Part shown: positions 13,261-25,494 of the stretch, in pieces
Layout of the letters: each line of letters starts with the position of its first letter
Numbering within the stretch: the stretch's first letter is position 1
Assembly (NCBI RefSeq): GCF_020745735.1
Contig: NC_083431.1
Span: 15,838,496 to 15,902,495 of the forward strand
DNA length: 64,000 nucleotides
From: Hemiscyllium ocellatum
Taxonomy: Eukaryota
Reading direction: 5' to 3'
Translations under genes and position numbers: made by a program
Notes under the pieces: model-generated
What the model was told of the DNA's origin: nothing
The model's database searches: none
What the model saw: only the letters and a program-made list of their open reading frames with translations

Positions 13261-16200
13261 GACTGGCAATAAGAACTTTTTTTAAAAATTATATTTATTT
13301 ACTTATTAAGAACTCAAAGACTGGAGATCATTCGAACTGTTATTTGCATTTATTTTTGTATCAGTGTTAAGTCTGAGAAATCACAGAATCAGCACATTTA
13401 TTCCAGTGAAAGAAGTACAGAATAAAAAGTATATCCCCTATGACTAAGACAAACTCAGTAAAATCAAGTTTTCGTTCAATTCATTACATTAGGAAATGTG
13501 TACAGCTCTCACTTATTACATAGATGTCCCATTTGCAAAGAACTGTGTGCCATAATGAGCAATGTACACAGGTAAGCAAACTGCTTTCATTGACAATGTA
13601 AACTTTTTACACCAGAAATAGGACAATTAAAAAGAGCAGAAAATGTTGGCATAACTGTTTTACAAAAATAAGAGAAAGCAACAAGTGCTTGTAAAGCTCA
13701 CCCCCGGTGATGTTCTACTGTATTTTAGTTGGATTCCCTGTCCTCAGATCTGAGGCACATTTCTGCGTAGGACTGTGAAAGAGCTTAAGTGGGTGACCTG
13801 GGTTCAGGATCTTGGTGCAAAATGGTCAGATCTGCAGAGGATATCAAACCGAAACGGGCAGACAATGGAGTTTTATCAGGCCGGTTCGGAAATGGCACTA
13901 TGGGGTGGGCAAAATGTGCAAATAGCCAGAGCAGTTGGCCATGAGGAGTAATGCAGACTAACACATACAGCAAGGAAAAAGGAGCAACATACCCAGAACC
14001 ATGGAAGACCCTAAAATAGCTAAAGAAGAAAATGAATGAAAGCTAGGAGCCCTGGTCGATTCAAGACTCCCGCAACCAACCAATAAAACCAATAGATTGC
14101 TGGAACTCAGTTGTCAAAACAAAGGAGGTGGCAATCAAATGTTGGGAGATGGAGGCGGTGGTTGTAAGTTTTCCCGGTATTTATTTCAGTTCTCAGGATG
14201 TGGGTGACACTGGCAAGGCTGTATTTACTGCCTGTTGCTGATTGCCCCGAGTTGGTGATGGAATGCCTCTCTCCCTGAAGCAGTGAAATCCTCTGGTGGT
14301 GACAATACTCTCACAGTGCTCTTTAGACTGGGAATCAGCTATGGAGCCAATGGGAGATAGTGGAGAGAGAGAAAATAAATTCACTAGGAATTGCTTTTTG
14401 CCAGCTCCGCTTGGGCATAGTGATGGAGAGGACTGGCATATGTTATTTGCAGAGTAATGCATTACAAGCACACATCCCCTAACCCAACAGCAGTAGTTTC
14501 AGGCTTTCACTATTTATAGGAGCCCCAGTGAATGCCTATTTAATATCCACCACCTCCACACACAATGAATCTGCCCTCCTTATCTTCCCTTCTTTGGAAA
14601 AAGAAGGTGAACATAAAGAGATGAAAGGTTTTATTTAAAAAAATGGAATTAAATAAAATGTAACACCTCAGCCAGGCTATAAAAAAATTGGGTTAATGCT
14701 AACATTCGAGACAATGTGGACAGACTGACCAAAAGAAATGTCTTAACCATATCAGCAGGCAGGGATATATTGCCTGAAAGGTTTTACCATCTCAATAAAG
14801 TCACCTTTCCACAATGCTCAACTTTCAGTTTCAAACTGCGAATACTCTCGCTGGTGACTATCGTCATAACCAGTCCTTGAAGACAAATAGCATCCTTCAG
14901 GGTCATGTCGTGGCTTGATGGACCAAGTTGGAATATCGCAGCTTCTGGGGGGAGTTCAATAAAGCAATAAGTTGCAGCTATAGCCCACTTTCATCAGGGA
15001 ATGTAATTTCTCCTGACAGGAGAAAGGGGACAATTACACACACAGGTTTCTATTCACATTCAATCAATAATATCTCTCAATGATTTGTCACTTGAATTCA
15101 TGTGTCTCATTCTGTACAGCCTTGACTGCATTCTTTTGGAGTGAGTTTCCATCCTGGGTCAGGAATGATGTGTGGGAGCCTGAAACCTGACTTGTCAGGA
15201 AGTGGCCAGGATGGCCTGCTTATGGATTGCACAGAGCAGCCAGGTGTTAAAAGAATTCAGTCCTGCTGCCTCCAAAGGCAATGCAGCGGAAGGCACAGGG
15301 GCTGTCAGACATGGAGAAGAAACACTCCCAATGATTAAAAATCTATTCACTCCATTTAAATTCCTTCAACAATTTAATCTTTTATATAAAAAAATGAGCA
15401 TTTGCATTCATAAACATGTATCAAGGACTTCAGAAGCATTTGTAGTTGTGAATTAAAATATGAATTGACAGGCACACTGCTGTGATAATTATAGCTTGTG
15501 GGAGCAGTTATCCTTCTATAATGGTAGCCCTCAGCTGACATCAACAGAGTGAAACAGCAAGCATTGATTTCTTAAAAACTATAGACGTATTTTTAAATTT
15601 ACAAGCCAAAGTTTTAAATGCCCCAGCACTTCCCACTACATCAAGAGAGATCTGACAAGCTATGAATCCTACTTTTTACATGCATTCATGTCAACTTTTA
15701 ATAATCTAAAAAGGCACTTGATATTTTCCAAGGGATACTCAGCAACCCTGACCCTTGACCATCCAAAAAGGGTGCTACCTTCTCAAAATAATTTTGAGTA
15801 GTTTTTGGCCTTTTCCTAATAGTGTAAAATGCACACGTCATGTTGTGGACAACGATCTAGTGAAGCACAACTCACATGTAGCAGCCTCTGTGAAGCCCAG
15901 TGGTGTAATCCACAACCTGCCTGCATACACCCTCATGATGAAAGTGGTGGATGCCAAGTTTGGGAGTGAGGCTTTGGCACCATTCTTTAATGCAGGTGAC
16001 CCTCTTCATTGTTACAAAAAAAAAATCAGCATCTAGTTAGTGACCTGATAATGAATTATGGCCGAGTCAGGGTTGTCTGGAAGCACTTGCCCTCATTTTC
16101 TTCAATGCTGAATAAGAAGATCTCACTTCAGGGACTTAGGTATGTTCGGTGTAGTACCGAAGGAATGGTAAGGGATGATATTTTCATATAAAATGTTAAA

Positions 16201-16349
16201 ACAATACTTCTCTAAAACATACAAACTGCAGGACTGACTGCACGACTCTGGAACAAATCTGAAGAAAACTGAATGAAGAATTGTCAATTGAAAGTGGTAC
16301 ATGACTTGTTTTGATGAATGTCGTTCATGGGAAATACTCTTCACGGAAC

Positions 16350-17095
16350 AACAGCAGCAGGAAACTGAGTATAATTGAGGATTTGAATACAGGATAGGCA
16401 GGTCTTGCTGCAGAAAATGAGGACTGCAGATGCTGCACAGAGTGGTGAAAAGTGTTGTGCTGGAAAAGCACAGCAGGTCAGGTTGCTGATGAAGGACTTT
16501 TGCCCAAACCATCGACTCTCCTGCTCCTTGGATGCTGCCTGAAGTCCTGTGCTTTTCCAGCACCACATTTTGCAACTGCAGTTATACAAAGCGTCGGTGA
16601 GGCCACACCTTGAGTACTGTGTGCAGTTTTGATCTCCGAGAAGGGGGAAGGACATTCTCGCTATTGAGAGGGTCCAACAATTCCTGGGATGGCAGGTCTG
16701 ACTGAACCTGGGCTTGTACTCACTGATATTTAGAAGAATGAGGGGGATTCTCATGGAAACATTTAAAATCCTGTTGGGTAATCTAGATGTGGAAAACATA
16801 TTCCCGATTTTGAGGAAGTTTAGAACTGGAGTCACTGTCTAAGAATAAGGGGTAAGCCATTCAGGACTGAGATAAGAAAGCAGTCTGTACCACAGAAAGC
16901 TGTTGGGGCCAGTTCATTAGATACATTCAAGAGGGAGCTGGATGTGGTACTTGCAGCTAAAAGGATTAAGGGGTCTGGGGAGAAACCGGGAGTGGGGTAC
17001 TGAGATTGCATGATCAGCCCTCTCACATTGAATGGTGGTGTAGGCTCGAAGGGCCGAATGGCCTCCTCCTGCTCCTATTTTCTATGTTTGTATAA
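16350..17095 (+). mobile_element. CR1 LINE 3' region with nested Penelope-like insertion
   Basis: gtcttgctgcag|ttatacaaagc..gaggccacaccttgagtactgtgtgcag (LLQLY..RPHLEYCVQ) is split by the insert. Confidence 0.85.
16414..16575. mobile_element. Short inverted Penelope-like insertion (family A) with defective hammerhead
   Basis: Inverted gtgctggaaaagcacag / ctgtgcttttccagcac; ctgcag duplicated at 16408-16413 and 16576-16581; core GAAA mutated to AAAC. Confidence 0.75.
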
Positions 17096-17675
17096 AATAT
17101 GCAAACAAAAATATACAAATGGGATGGATACAAAACCAATCACCAACTACCTATCCAGTAGTTTGGAGTTATACTGCTGGCTCTCTGTTATATTTCTCAT
17201 CAAGAGAAAGGGAGGTCTGGGATCGGGCTGGCAATTAAATTGACCTTAGAAGGAGTGAATGTTCTGCTGGCTCTCCATAATTTAAAACAAACACAATGGA
17301 AGATGAAGAGAACAATTTGGAATGGTCTGCTCAACAAACAACTGACCTAAACTTAGTTTAAACTTTAAACATAAACATGCTCAGATTAATAGAGAAAATA
17401 CAGGTGCTTGGGTCAGGAATAAGTGAGCCTTATGCAGGACCTTATCTTGTCATGGGTATGCTGTCACAGTGACTGACGTTCGGAGACAAGTGAAAGTGAA
17501 GTGAAATTCACGCTGCGATGAACATGGCTCAAACAGGAGCATTCTTAGTTTGAGCCAGAATCCTGCAGATTAAACCTCAATCTAGGACTTGACAATGGAG
17601 TCATCAACAGATTCCTGAGGAAGTAATGTGCCCTTTATGGTGCCAGTCTTTCAGATCAGACATTAAACTGTGCCT

Positions 17676-17750
17676 GCAGTGATGGCTGAGCGGTCTAAGG
17701 CGTGTGTTTAAGGGTCTCCCCTCCAAAGCAGTGTGGGTTCAAATCCTCCG
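17676..17750 (+). pseudogene. Type-II (Leu/Ser-like) tRNA relic
   Basis: GCAGTGA-TG-GCTGAGCGGTCTAAGGCG..GTCTCCCC..GTGGGTTCAAATCC; A and B boxes kept, anticodon arm and 3' acceptor strand do not pair. Confidence 0.6.
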
Positions 17751-17777
17751 AGGTCTTATGCCCCTGTTATTTATTTT

Positions 17778-18768
17778 GCCACAAGGATCGGTGCTGGGTC
17801 CTCTACTTTTTGTCATTCACATAAATGATTTGGATGTGAGCATAAGAGGTACAGTTAATAAGTTTGCAGTTGACAATTGGAGGTATAGTGGACAGCGAAG
17901 GGGTTACCTCAGATTACAACAGGATCTAGACCAGATGGGTCAATGGGCTGAGAAGTGGCAGATGGCGTTTAATTCAGATAAATGCAAGGTGCTGCATTTT
18001 GGAAAAGCAAATCTTAGCAGGACTTATACACTTAATGGTAAGGTCATAGGGAGTTTGCTGAACAAAGAGACCTTAGAGTGCAGGTTCATAGCTCCTTGAA
18101 AGTGGAGTCGCAGGTAAATAGGATTGTGAAGACGACATTTGGTATGCTTTCTTTTATTGGTCAGAGTATTAAGTACAGGAGTTGGGAGGTTATGTTGCGG
18201 CAGTACATGGCATTGGTTAGGCCACTGTTGGAATATTGTGTGCAGTTCTGGTCTCCTTCCTATCGGACAGATGTTGTGAAAGTTGAAAGGGTTCAGAAAA
18301 GATTTACAAGGATGTTGCCAGGGTTGGAGGATTTGAGCTATAGGGAGAGGCTGAATAGGCTGGGACTGTTTTCCCTGGAGCGTCGGAGGCTGAGGGGTGA
18401 CCTTATAGAAGTTTACAAAATTATGAGGGGCATGGATAGGGTAAATAGGCGAAGTCTTTTCCCTGGGGTGCGGGAGTCCAGAACTAGAGGGCATAGGTTT
18501 AGGGTGAGAGGGAAAAGATATAAACGAGACCTAAGGGGCAACTTCTTCACACAGAGGGTGGTACGTGTATGGAATGAGCTGCCAGAGGATGTGGTGGAGG
18601 CTGGTACAACTGCAACATTTAAGAGGCATTTGGATGGGTATATGAAGGGTTTGGAGGGTTATGGGCCGGGTGCTGGCAAGTGGGACTAGATTGGGATGGG
18701 ATATCTGGTCGGTATGGACAGGGTGGACCGAACGATCTGTTTCCATGCTGTACATCTCTGATTCTATG
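17778..18768 (+). mobile_element. HER1-type CR1 LINE, 5'-truncated, relatively young
   Basis: PQGSVLGPLLFVIHINDLD motif, 203-aa open ORF2 C-terminus (18078-18689), intact 3' tail. Confidence 0.95.
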
Positions 18769-19095
18769 GCTCTGTCCTCCATTTCCACTGGTTCAAGCAG
18801 ATGTAAAGCATCTACTTGAACAAGTGCAGTGAATTAGTACTGTGTCTTGATCCACATTCCTCCCTCTGAGAACAGCATCAAAACTGATGAATCAGCCAAT
18901 TGCCTTGCTTGCTCTCTGTCATGCACAGGTTCTCTGCAGCATTTGCTTGCACACTCAGCCCTTCAAAGTACCCGATAATTCATTGCTGCTGAGGTGTTTG
19001 CAAATGCTCCAAGGGACACACTAAAAGTCCGTATAAATAACAGCTTTTACTTTCCTTCCTTATCAGGACTTACATTGAATCCTCATTTACAGTGC

Positions 19096-19110
19096 TCAGT
19101 ATGGCTTCTT
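19096..19110 (-). CDS. TAPBPL: Tapasin-family gene exon 8 (KKPY-stop)
   Basis: Acceptor ttcttcctttttatctcttcaacag, phase 0, AAG AAG CCA TAC TGA. Confidence 0.75.
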   Translation of the reverse strand, partial: KKPY

Positions 19111-19729
19111 CTGTTGAAGAGATAAAAAGGAAGAACATTAGACAACGCATTTCCATTTGGTGATAACACATTGACTTTGAGGGCTATTCTGAAAAGTTGA
19201 AAGGTAAGGGAATTAAAAAAAGCATTGAATCACATTTACTTTGACTAACAAGTTTAAATTGTTAATTAAACCTGAGCTGAACTTCAAACTCCACTATTAG
19301 TAACATCAACGACTTCCACCCAACATCTCTGTTATCTACTCCCACCTCAGCACAGTGAAAAAGTTGACCATTCCAAATTCAAATGGTGTGATTATTCCCT
19401 CTATGGAGGTGGCAAGACATACAGGTTGGCCCTGGAGAAATATTTGCCCCCTTTCTTACAACTTCAACAGTTAAAGTCGGGTTCTTCGTGACTCAATACT
19501 CATTAAGGCCCTTATGGTCCATGAATATCGAGCTAAGGGCCTCAGTTCATCTCCAGCCTGAGTGCCTGCCTTCCTGGCAGGTGAGAAACGCGGCTGGGGG
19601 CTGAGGGCTTGAGAGTGGAAGCCTACTTATGCCACACTCTTGGACCATATGGGGAGCAGGGATTAGAGATAAGGGAGAATGTGCCAAGGGACAAGAGGGG
19701 TACAATTATTCACAATTTCACAATGTTCA

Positions 19730-20265
19730 GCACTATTAACGACTCCTTGAGGTACTGAGGCAGTCCATGTACAAATGCAGCAAGACCTGGACAACACTCA
19801 CACATGGGCTGGTAAGTGGCAAGAAATATTCATGCCACACAAATGCCAGGCAATCTCCATCTCCAACAAGAGAGAGTGTAATCATCTCCCCTTGACATTT
19901 AATGGCATCATAAATACAGAATCCTCCACTCTCAACAAACTGAACTGTACTTGCCATATAAATAATACAAGAGCAGGTCACTGGCTGGAAATTTTGGGAC
20001 AATTCCTGACTGGCCAAAGCCTGCCCACTGTCTACAAGGTACGAGTCAGTAATGGAACACTCTCCACTTGCCAAGATGGCTGCAGTTCCATCAACCCTCA
20101 AGAAACTTGATATCATCCAGGACAATGAGTCTGTTTGGTTGACACTCCATCTTCAATTTTTACTTCTTCCACCATTGCCAATCAGTGGCACCCGTGAATA
20201 CCACCTAAAGATTCACTGCAGCAACTCACCAAGGCTCCTTTGATAGCATCTTGCCACTTGTGATC
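19730..20265 (+). mobile_element. CR1/L2-clade LINE RT fragment (family distinct from HER1)
   Basis: QQDLDN..WAGKWQ..FMPHKCQAI..; homologous to 35530-36470. Confidence 0.75.
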
Positions 20266-20272
20266 TCCGTGT

Positions 20273-20586
20273 GGGCGGCACGGTGGCACAGTGGTTAGCA
20301 CTGCTGCCTCACAGCGCCTGTAGACCTGGGTTCAATTCCCGACTCAGGCGACTGACTGTGTGGAGTTTGCACGTTCGCCCCGTGTCTGCGTGGGTTTCCT
20401 CCGGGTGCTCCGGTTTCCTCCCACAGTCACAAAGATGTGCGGGTCAGGTGAATTGGCCATGCTAAATTGCCCGTAGTGTTAGGTAAGGGGTAAATGTAGG
20501 GGTATGGGTGGGGTTCGCTTCGGCGGGTCGGTGTGGACTTGTTGGGCCGAAGGGCCTGTTTCCACACTAAGTCTAATCTAATCTAA
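20273..20586 (+). mobile_element. HE1-type V-SINE, full length
   Basis: Same structure as 9564-9878. Confidence 0.9.
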
Positions 20587-20973
20587 AACCCAGTCTTGAT
20601 ACATTTGCTGACTATTCCCTATAAAATGCAAAAGACCCTCAGAGAGAAGAAATGTCCTCAACTCCACCTTAAATCATACAGCCTATATTTTGAAACTGGG
20701 CCTCCTAATTCTAGATTCTCTCAGAAGGAGAAACAGCTTCTCAGCATCAGCCCTTTGGGCCATCGCTCTGTTTTAAAAATCCCATCGGTTTAGGCCCAAC
20801 CTGTTGAACCTCTTTCTCATAGTCAGGGGGAATTAAAAAAAACAACACAACTGCATTGTGAATATATCAAGTAATCTCTGCACATTAAATCTTACTAAAA
20901 TTTTCCTCTCCTTGCACAGTTTCATTGCAAAACTTTGTGGCTTTTATTAAATTTTGAATTATATTGCTCTTAC

Positions 20974-20990
20974 CTTGTTTTTTTCTGCAA
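20974..20990 (-). CDS. TAPBPL: Tapasin-family gene exon 7 (17-nt micro-exon, VAEKNK)
   Basis: tttctatcctttttatttacag|TTGCAGAAAAAAACAAG|gtaaga; phase 1 in, phase 0 out, bridges exons 6 and 8 exactly. Confidence 0.75.
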
Positions 20991-21304
20991 CTGTAAATAA
21001 AAGGATAGAAAACAATTAAAATTTCACAACCACATCATGTCATGAACAGATAGAAAGTTGGTGCTGACACTACTTAAGAGATTGGGAAGGTTTTTTAAGG
21101 GTAATTCAAGGGGGAAATCAATGTTTGTACTGCATGACAGGAGAAGTTGGTAAGTGTACTCTTATGGCGAGTGGTGTTGCTGTATACTCAAAGTTGCATA
21201 CATTAATGCACATAGCCCTGATCTTTGCAGATAGAAATAGTGGTATATACGGACTATACCGATTTCAAATCAACATAACACATGACAACCATTTCCTGGT
21301 TCAA

Positions 21305-21600
21305 CTCTGAAAGCAATGCCCTGACTAATCATAGGCAACCTGCCAAGTTTAAAATTTAAACAAAGCCTGGCTATTAAGTGTCAATCAGCATTACATACAT
21401 GGATGCACACTTCTAGGCAACACCTCGACCAGAGTCTAGTTGCGGTCCAACTGCAAACCAATCAACACACTACTCTCATGCAGTATAAATGCTGGTTTTC
21501 TCATTTATGGATATTCTTCTGAAATGTCCTGAGGAGTACAAGATGAAAAGCATTGACAAAACCTGTCTTTTTTCAGCAAAGCTCAGCTCTGCAGTACCGA
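21305..21600 (+). mobile_element. Penelope-like terminal repeat (family C)
   Basis: TATA-like cagtataaat followed by a hammerhead motif and T-rich tail; family assignment is inference. Confidence 0.5.
21525..21558 (+). ncRNA. Minimal type-I hammerhead motif, family C (degenerate)
   Basis: UGUC-CUGAGGA-GUACAAGAU-GAAA-AGCAUU-GACA: 4-bp stem I, intact core, near-palindromic stem III, weak stem II. Confidence 0.55.
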
Positions 21601-21700
21601 GTGAAGTTTAGCCCAGAGAGAAGGTGTTATTGTGGAAGTCGAGAGACTGTACAGCCAAAGCCGACTAACAGTGCAGCATTGGTAATAGCAAAATACTAAC

Positions 21701-21793
21701 CTTTTTTCAAGTAAATCAGCAGCGTGATCACAACAGCGCAGATTAAGATGATCACAATTGACAGTAAGAGAAACTGAAGTGTCCGAGATTGTG
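21701..21793 (-). CDS. TAPBPL: Tapasin-family gene exon 6 (transmembrane)
   Basis: ttccttgattccacag|..|gttagt; phase 1-1; AQSRTLQFLLLSIVIILICAVVITLLIYLKK. Confidence 0.85.
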
Positions 21794-22469
21794 CTGTGGA
21801 ATCAAGGAAACATTTAATCAGTGTCTTTATTTTCAGACTTCTACGACAGGTCACTGTGTATGTTGTGAAGAGTTGTTACCCTGAAAGGAGAATTAGAAGA
21901 ATGGGATATCCTGGCCAACATTTATCCTTCAAACTGATACCACAAAACAGAACACTCATTGTTAATGTTTCATTCAATATGTTTATTGGCAGAATTTAAC
22001 TTATTTACTCAACTGCAAAGCTGTTCTAAATACATCTTCACAGAGTTAACTTATTGGCCTTTCTACTCAATTTCAAAATTGTTTGATCATTAACAAATTA
22101 ATGTCTATTTCCAAGGTCGTTTATGTTGATGCAAAACAAGAGTCCAAGGAAAGGACCCTAAAATTTTCAACACTCTGTGCAACCCTGTGCACTTTGCGAA
22201 CATTATACTGACTTTGTACTCTTTAATTCAAATTATTTATTCAACCTCATGTCCAGTTCCCAGGTTTTATCCTAACTTCTGATGGTTTTAGTTTTGCCAG
22301 ATATCTTTCTTGTTATAAATTTCCAACAGCTATTTAAAAATCCAGTTAATCGCTGTTGCAAGGAATTCCGTTGTTTCATTTGTAATGCCCTCAGAGTAGT
22401 TCCTGACCTCATTATAGACTTGGCTCAAACAAGGACCAAAGAGCTGAACCCAAGAGTGAGTGACTCTAC

Positions 22470-22880
22470 TGCTGTTGGCATCAAGACAGCAATAGAGCTG
22501 AGAATGGAATCTAGGAGCCTCAGCAAAACTGAAGTAAATAGGAATCAGGGGCAAAGTTCTCTGCTGGTTAAAGTTGTATCTAGTACAAAGGAAGATGATT
22601 GTAGTCGTTAGAAGTCAATCATCTCAGCCCCAGGACATTATTGTTGGAATTCTTCACAGTAGTATTCTTAGCCCAATCATCTCCAGCTGCTTTATCAATA
22701 ACCTTCCCTCCATCATAAGGCCAGAGTGGGAACATTGATGGTTTGAATGACCTACCCTTCCCTGTCAAAGGATCTCATGGTGATATTGACAATAGCCATG
22801 TTAAAATGTAGAACCCATAATGCCAAAACTAAGTAGGCTAAAAGAGTCATTGCTGTTGCAAATGGGGAACGAAGAATGGA
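22470..22880 (+). mobile_element. CR1/L2-clade LINE RT fragment
   Basis: Degenerate (PQG)SILSPIISSCFINNLPSII motif near 22660-22720. Confidence 0.6.
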
Positions 22881-22897
22881 ATAATGATATGCTTAAT

Positions 22898-23203
22898 GGG
22901 CGGCACGGTGGCACAGTGGTTAGCGCTGCTGCCTCACAGCGCCTGAGACCCGGGTTCAATTCCCGCCTCAGGCGACTGACTGTGTGGAGTTTGCACGTTC
23001 TCCCCGTGTCTGCGTGGGTTTCCTCCGGGTGCTCCGGTTTCCTCCCACAGTCCAAAGATGTGCGGGTCAGATGAATTGGCCATGCTAAATTGCCTATAGT
23101 GTTAAGTAAGGGGTAAATGTAGGGGTATGGGTGGGTTGCGCTTTGGCGGGTCGGTGTGGACTTGTTGGGCCAAAGGGCCTGTTTCCACACTGTAAGTAAT
23201 CTT
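22898..23203 (+). mobile_element. HE1-type V-SINE, full length
   Basis: Same structure as other copies. Confidence 0.9.
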
Positions 23204-23346
23204 TAATGTACAACAAATAGTAACAAAGTAATTGCAAGAATACTGATGATACACAATGCTCTGCACAATTTACAACTCCCCAAAAAACTTAATTCTTGTC
23301 AATATGTAACAAGGTCTGGACATCAATCAGGCTTAGCTGCTAAGTA

Positions 23347-24231
23347 GAGTCATAGAGATGTACAGAATGGAAACAGACCCTTCGGTCCAACCCATTCATG
23401 TCGACCAGATATCCCAACACAATCTAGTCCCACCTGCCAGCACCTGGCCCATATCCCTCCAAACCCTTCCTGTTCATATACCCATCCAAATGCCTCTTAA
23501 ATGTTGCAATTGTACCAGCTCCACCACTTCCTCTGGCAGCTCATTCCATACACATATACCCTCTGCGTGAAAAAGTTGCCCCTTAGGTCTCTTTTATATC
23601 TTTCCCCTCTCACCCTAAACCTATGCCCTCTAGTTCTGGACTCCCCCACCCCAGGGAAAAGACTTTGCCTATTTATCCTATCCAGGCCCCTCACAGTTTT
23701 GTAAACCTCTATAAGGTCACCCCTCAGCCTCCAAAGGTCCAAGGAAAACAGCCCCAGCCTGTTCAGCATCTCCCTATAGATCAAATCCTCCAACCCTGGC
23801 AACATCCTTGTAAATCTTTTCTAAACCCTTTCAACTTTCACAACATCTTTCTGACAGGAAGGAAACCAGAATTGCACGCAATATTCCAACAGTGGCCTAA
23901 CCAATGTCCTGTACAGCCGCAACATGACCTCGCAACTCCTATACTCAATACTCTGACCAATAAAGGAAAGCATACCAAACGCCTTCTTCACTATCCTATC
24001 GACCTGCGAGTCCACTTTCAAGGAGCTATGAACCTGCATTCCAAGGTCTCTTTGTTCAGCAAACTCCCTATGACCTTACCATTAAGTGTATAAGTCCTGC
24101 TAAGATTTGCTTTCCCAAACTGCAGCACCTCACATTTATCTGAATTAAACTCCATCTGCCACTTCTCAGCCCATTGGCCCATCTGGTCCAGATCCTGTTG
24201 TAATCTGAGGTAACCCTCTTCGCTGTCCACG
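23347..24231 (-). mobile_element. HER1-type CR1 LINE, 5'-truncated
   Basis: Minus ORFs GYLRLQQDLDQMGQWAEKWQ.., LVRPLLEYCVQFW, RGNFFTQRV; tail. Confidence 0.95.
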
Positions 24232-24239
24232 ATACATTT

Positions 24240-25490
24240 GTGCCATATAACTGCCAGGCAATGACCATTGTTAAGAAAATAAAATCCAATTTGCTACCCC
24301 AAACTTCAAAGGCATTACATTCTCTGAATCTCCTATTATTAACATTCTAGCTGTTTTTACTGACTAGGAACTGAATTTGAATACTGCTGAGAGTGAGTGA
24401 CCTCCTTATTCCTCAAAGTTTGTCAATCTTCAAGGCACAATCAGGAGTGTAATTGAGCGCTCTCCCCTTAGAGCTGTAATGCTCAAGAAGCCCAACACCA
24501 TTCAGGTCAAATCAGTCTGCTTACCTGGCACGCCATTAACCATCAACATTTATTCCTTTCAACACTGATGCACAGCAGCAGCAGTGTTGTAACGAAAAGT
24601 GTATAACTTACATACATTAACTTACGTTGAGAGTTTGTATCTCAAACTAGTGCCATATGTGTGTTTGTCCATTTTTGTGAAGGGTGTTTTAAACATTAAC
24701 TTGGTCAGTCTTTCCAGAACTTTAAACTAGTTTATACCTCCCAGAGTGCTAATGGAAATGTGGTTATATCGTGTGGGTTTGTGACCAGAGAAAGAAAACA
24801 TTATGCCATTAGCTTAGCAGAAGCTAGGATAAGTATTTTAAATTTAGTTCAAAAGCTTTTGGGGAGATGAAAGGAGATCTAACCAGACTGAGAAACAGGT
24901 ACAGCATTTTCTAGAATGGGAGACTGTTCAAAGCAGTTAAGGAAATGAATTACCTCAGTGAAAGGTGTAGTCTGTGAAACTTCCAGACCAGAAGTGTTTG
25001 ATTATAACCCTCAGACTTTTATGATGCTGAGAAAGTCTAAGCTCTCAGTGGTATCAATTGTCAAGTGAAAAAGTTTCACAGCTCATGGGACCAGAACTGA
25101 GAAGAAGCAGTTAAGTCAAACCTACAAATTCGATGGAGAAGGAATTTCTCTGGATCTTGTAAAGTGATGGTTTTGCGAAGTAGCTAGGATTATGCTCACT
25201 TTGTGTTTTTATATTTTTCAAACTATGTTACATTTAAATAGCTTTGCTTGTCTTATTTTAATGTTATGCTTTTAGTGAAATAAATTTCTGTTTTTTTGTT
25301 CATGCTGAATCTGTAGCAATGTGTTTCAATGAAAGAAAGCCATATTAAAACAAAATATGATCCAATAAACCAGATTTTGTTCTTGGATCTGTCTTCTCCA
25401 ATAGTAATACCAGCTCACATCATAACAGTGTGTACCATCTGCAAGATATGCTGCCGCAACTCGTTTGGATTCCTTCATTGGCACCTTGTA
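24240..25490 (+). mobile_element. CR1/L2-clade LINE fragment hosting the solo LTR
   Basis: gcagcagtgt|gtaccatctgcaag is continuous once 24588-25431 is removed; compare 20170-20230. Confidence 0.65.
24588..25427. mobile_element. Solo LTR, 840 bp
   Basis: TGTAAC...ATAACA termini; GTGT TSD at 24584-24587 and 25428-25431; AATAAA near 25275; interrupts an older LINE. Confidence 0.8.
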
Positions 25491-25494
25491 TAAA

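Noticed and set aside
15755-16036. 93-aa plus-strand ORF in unique sequence
   Set aside because: No motif or compatible flanking exons.
17676-17750. Functional tRNA gene
   Set aside because: Acceptor and anticodon stems cannot pair; kept only as a relic.
18024-18494. Recurrent 'MPSSSGLPHPREK..' ORFs (also 23623-24093 and 50267-50905)
   Set aside because: Antisense shadows of CR1 ORF2.
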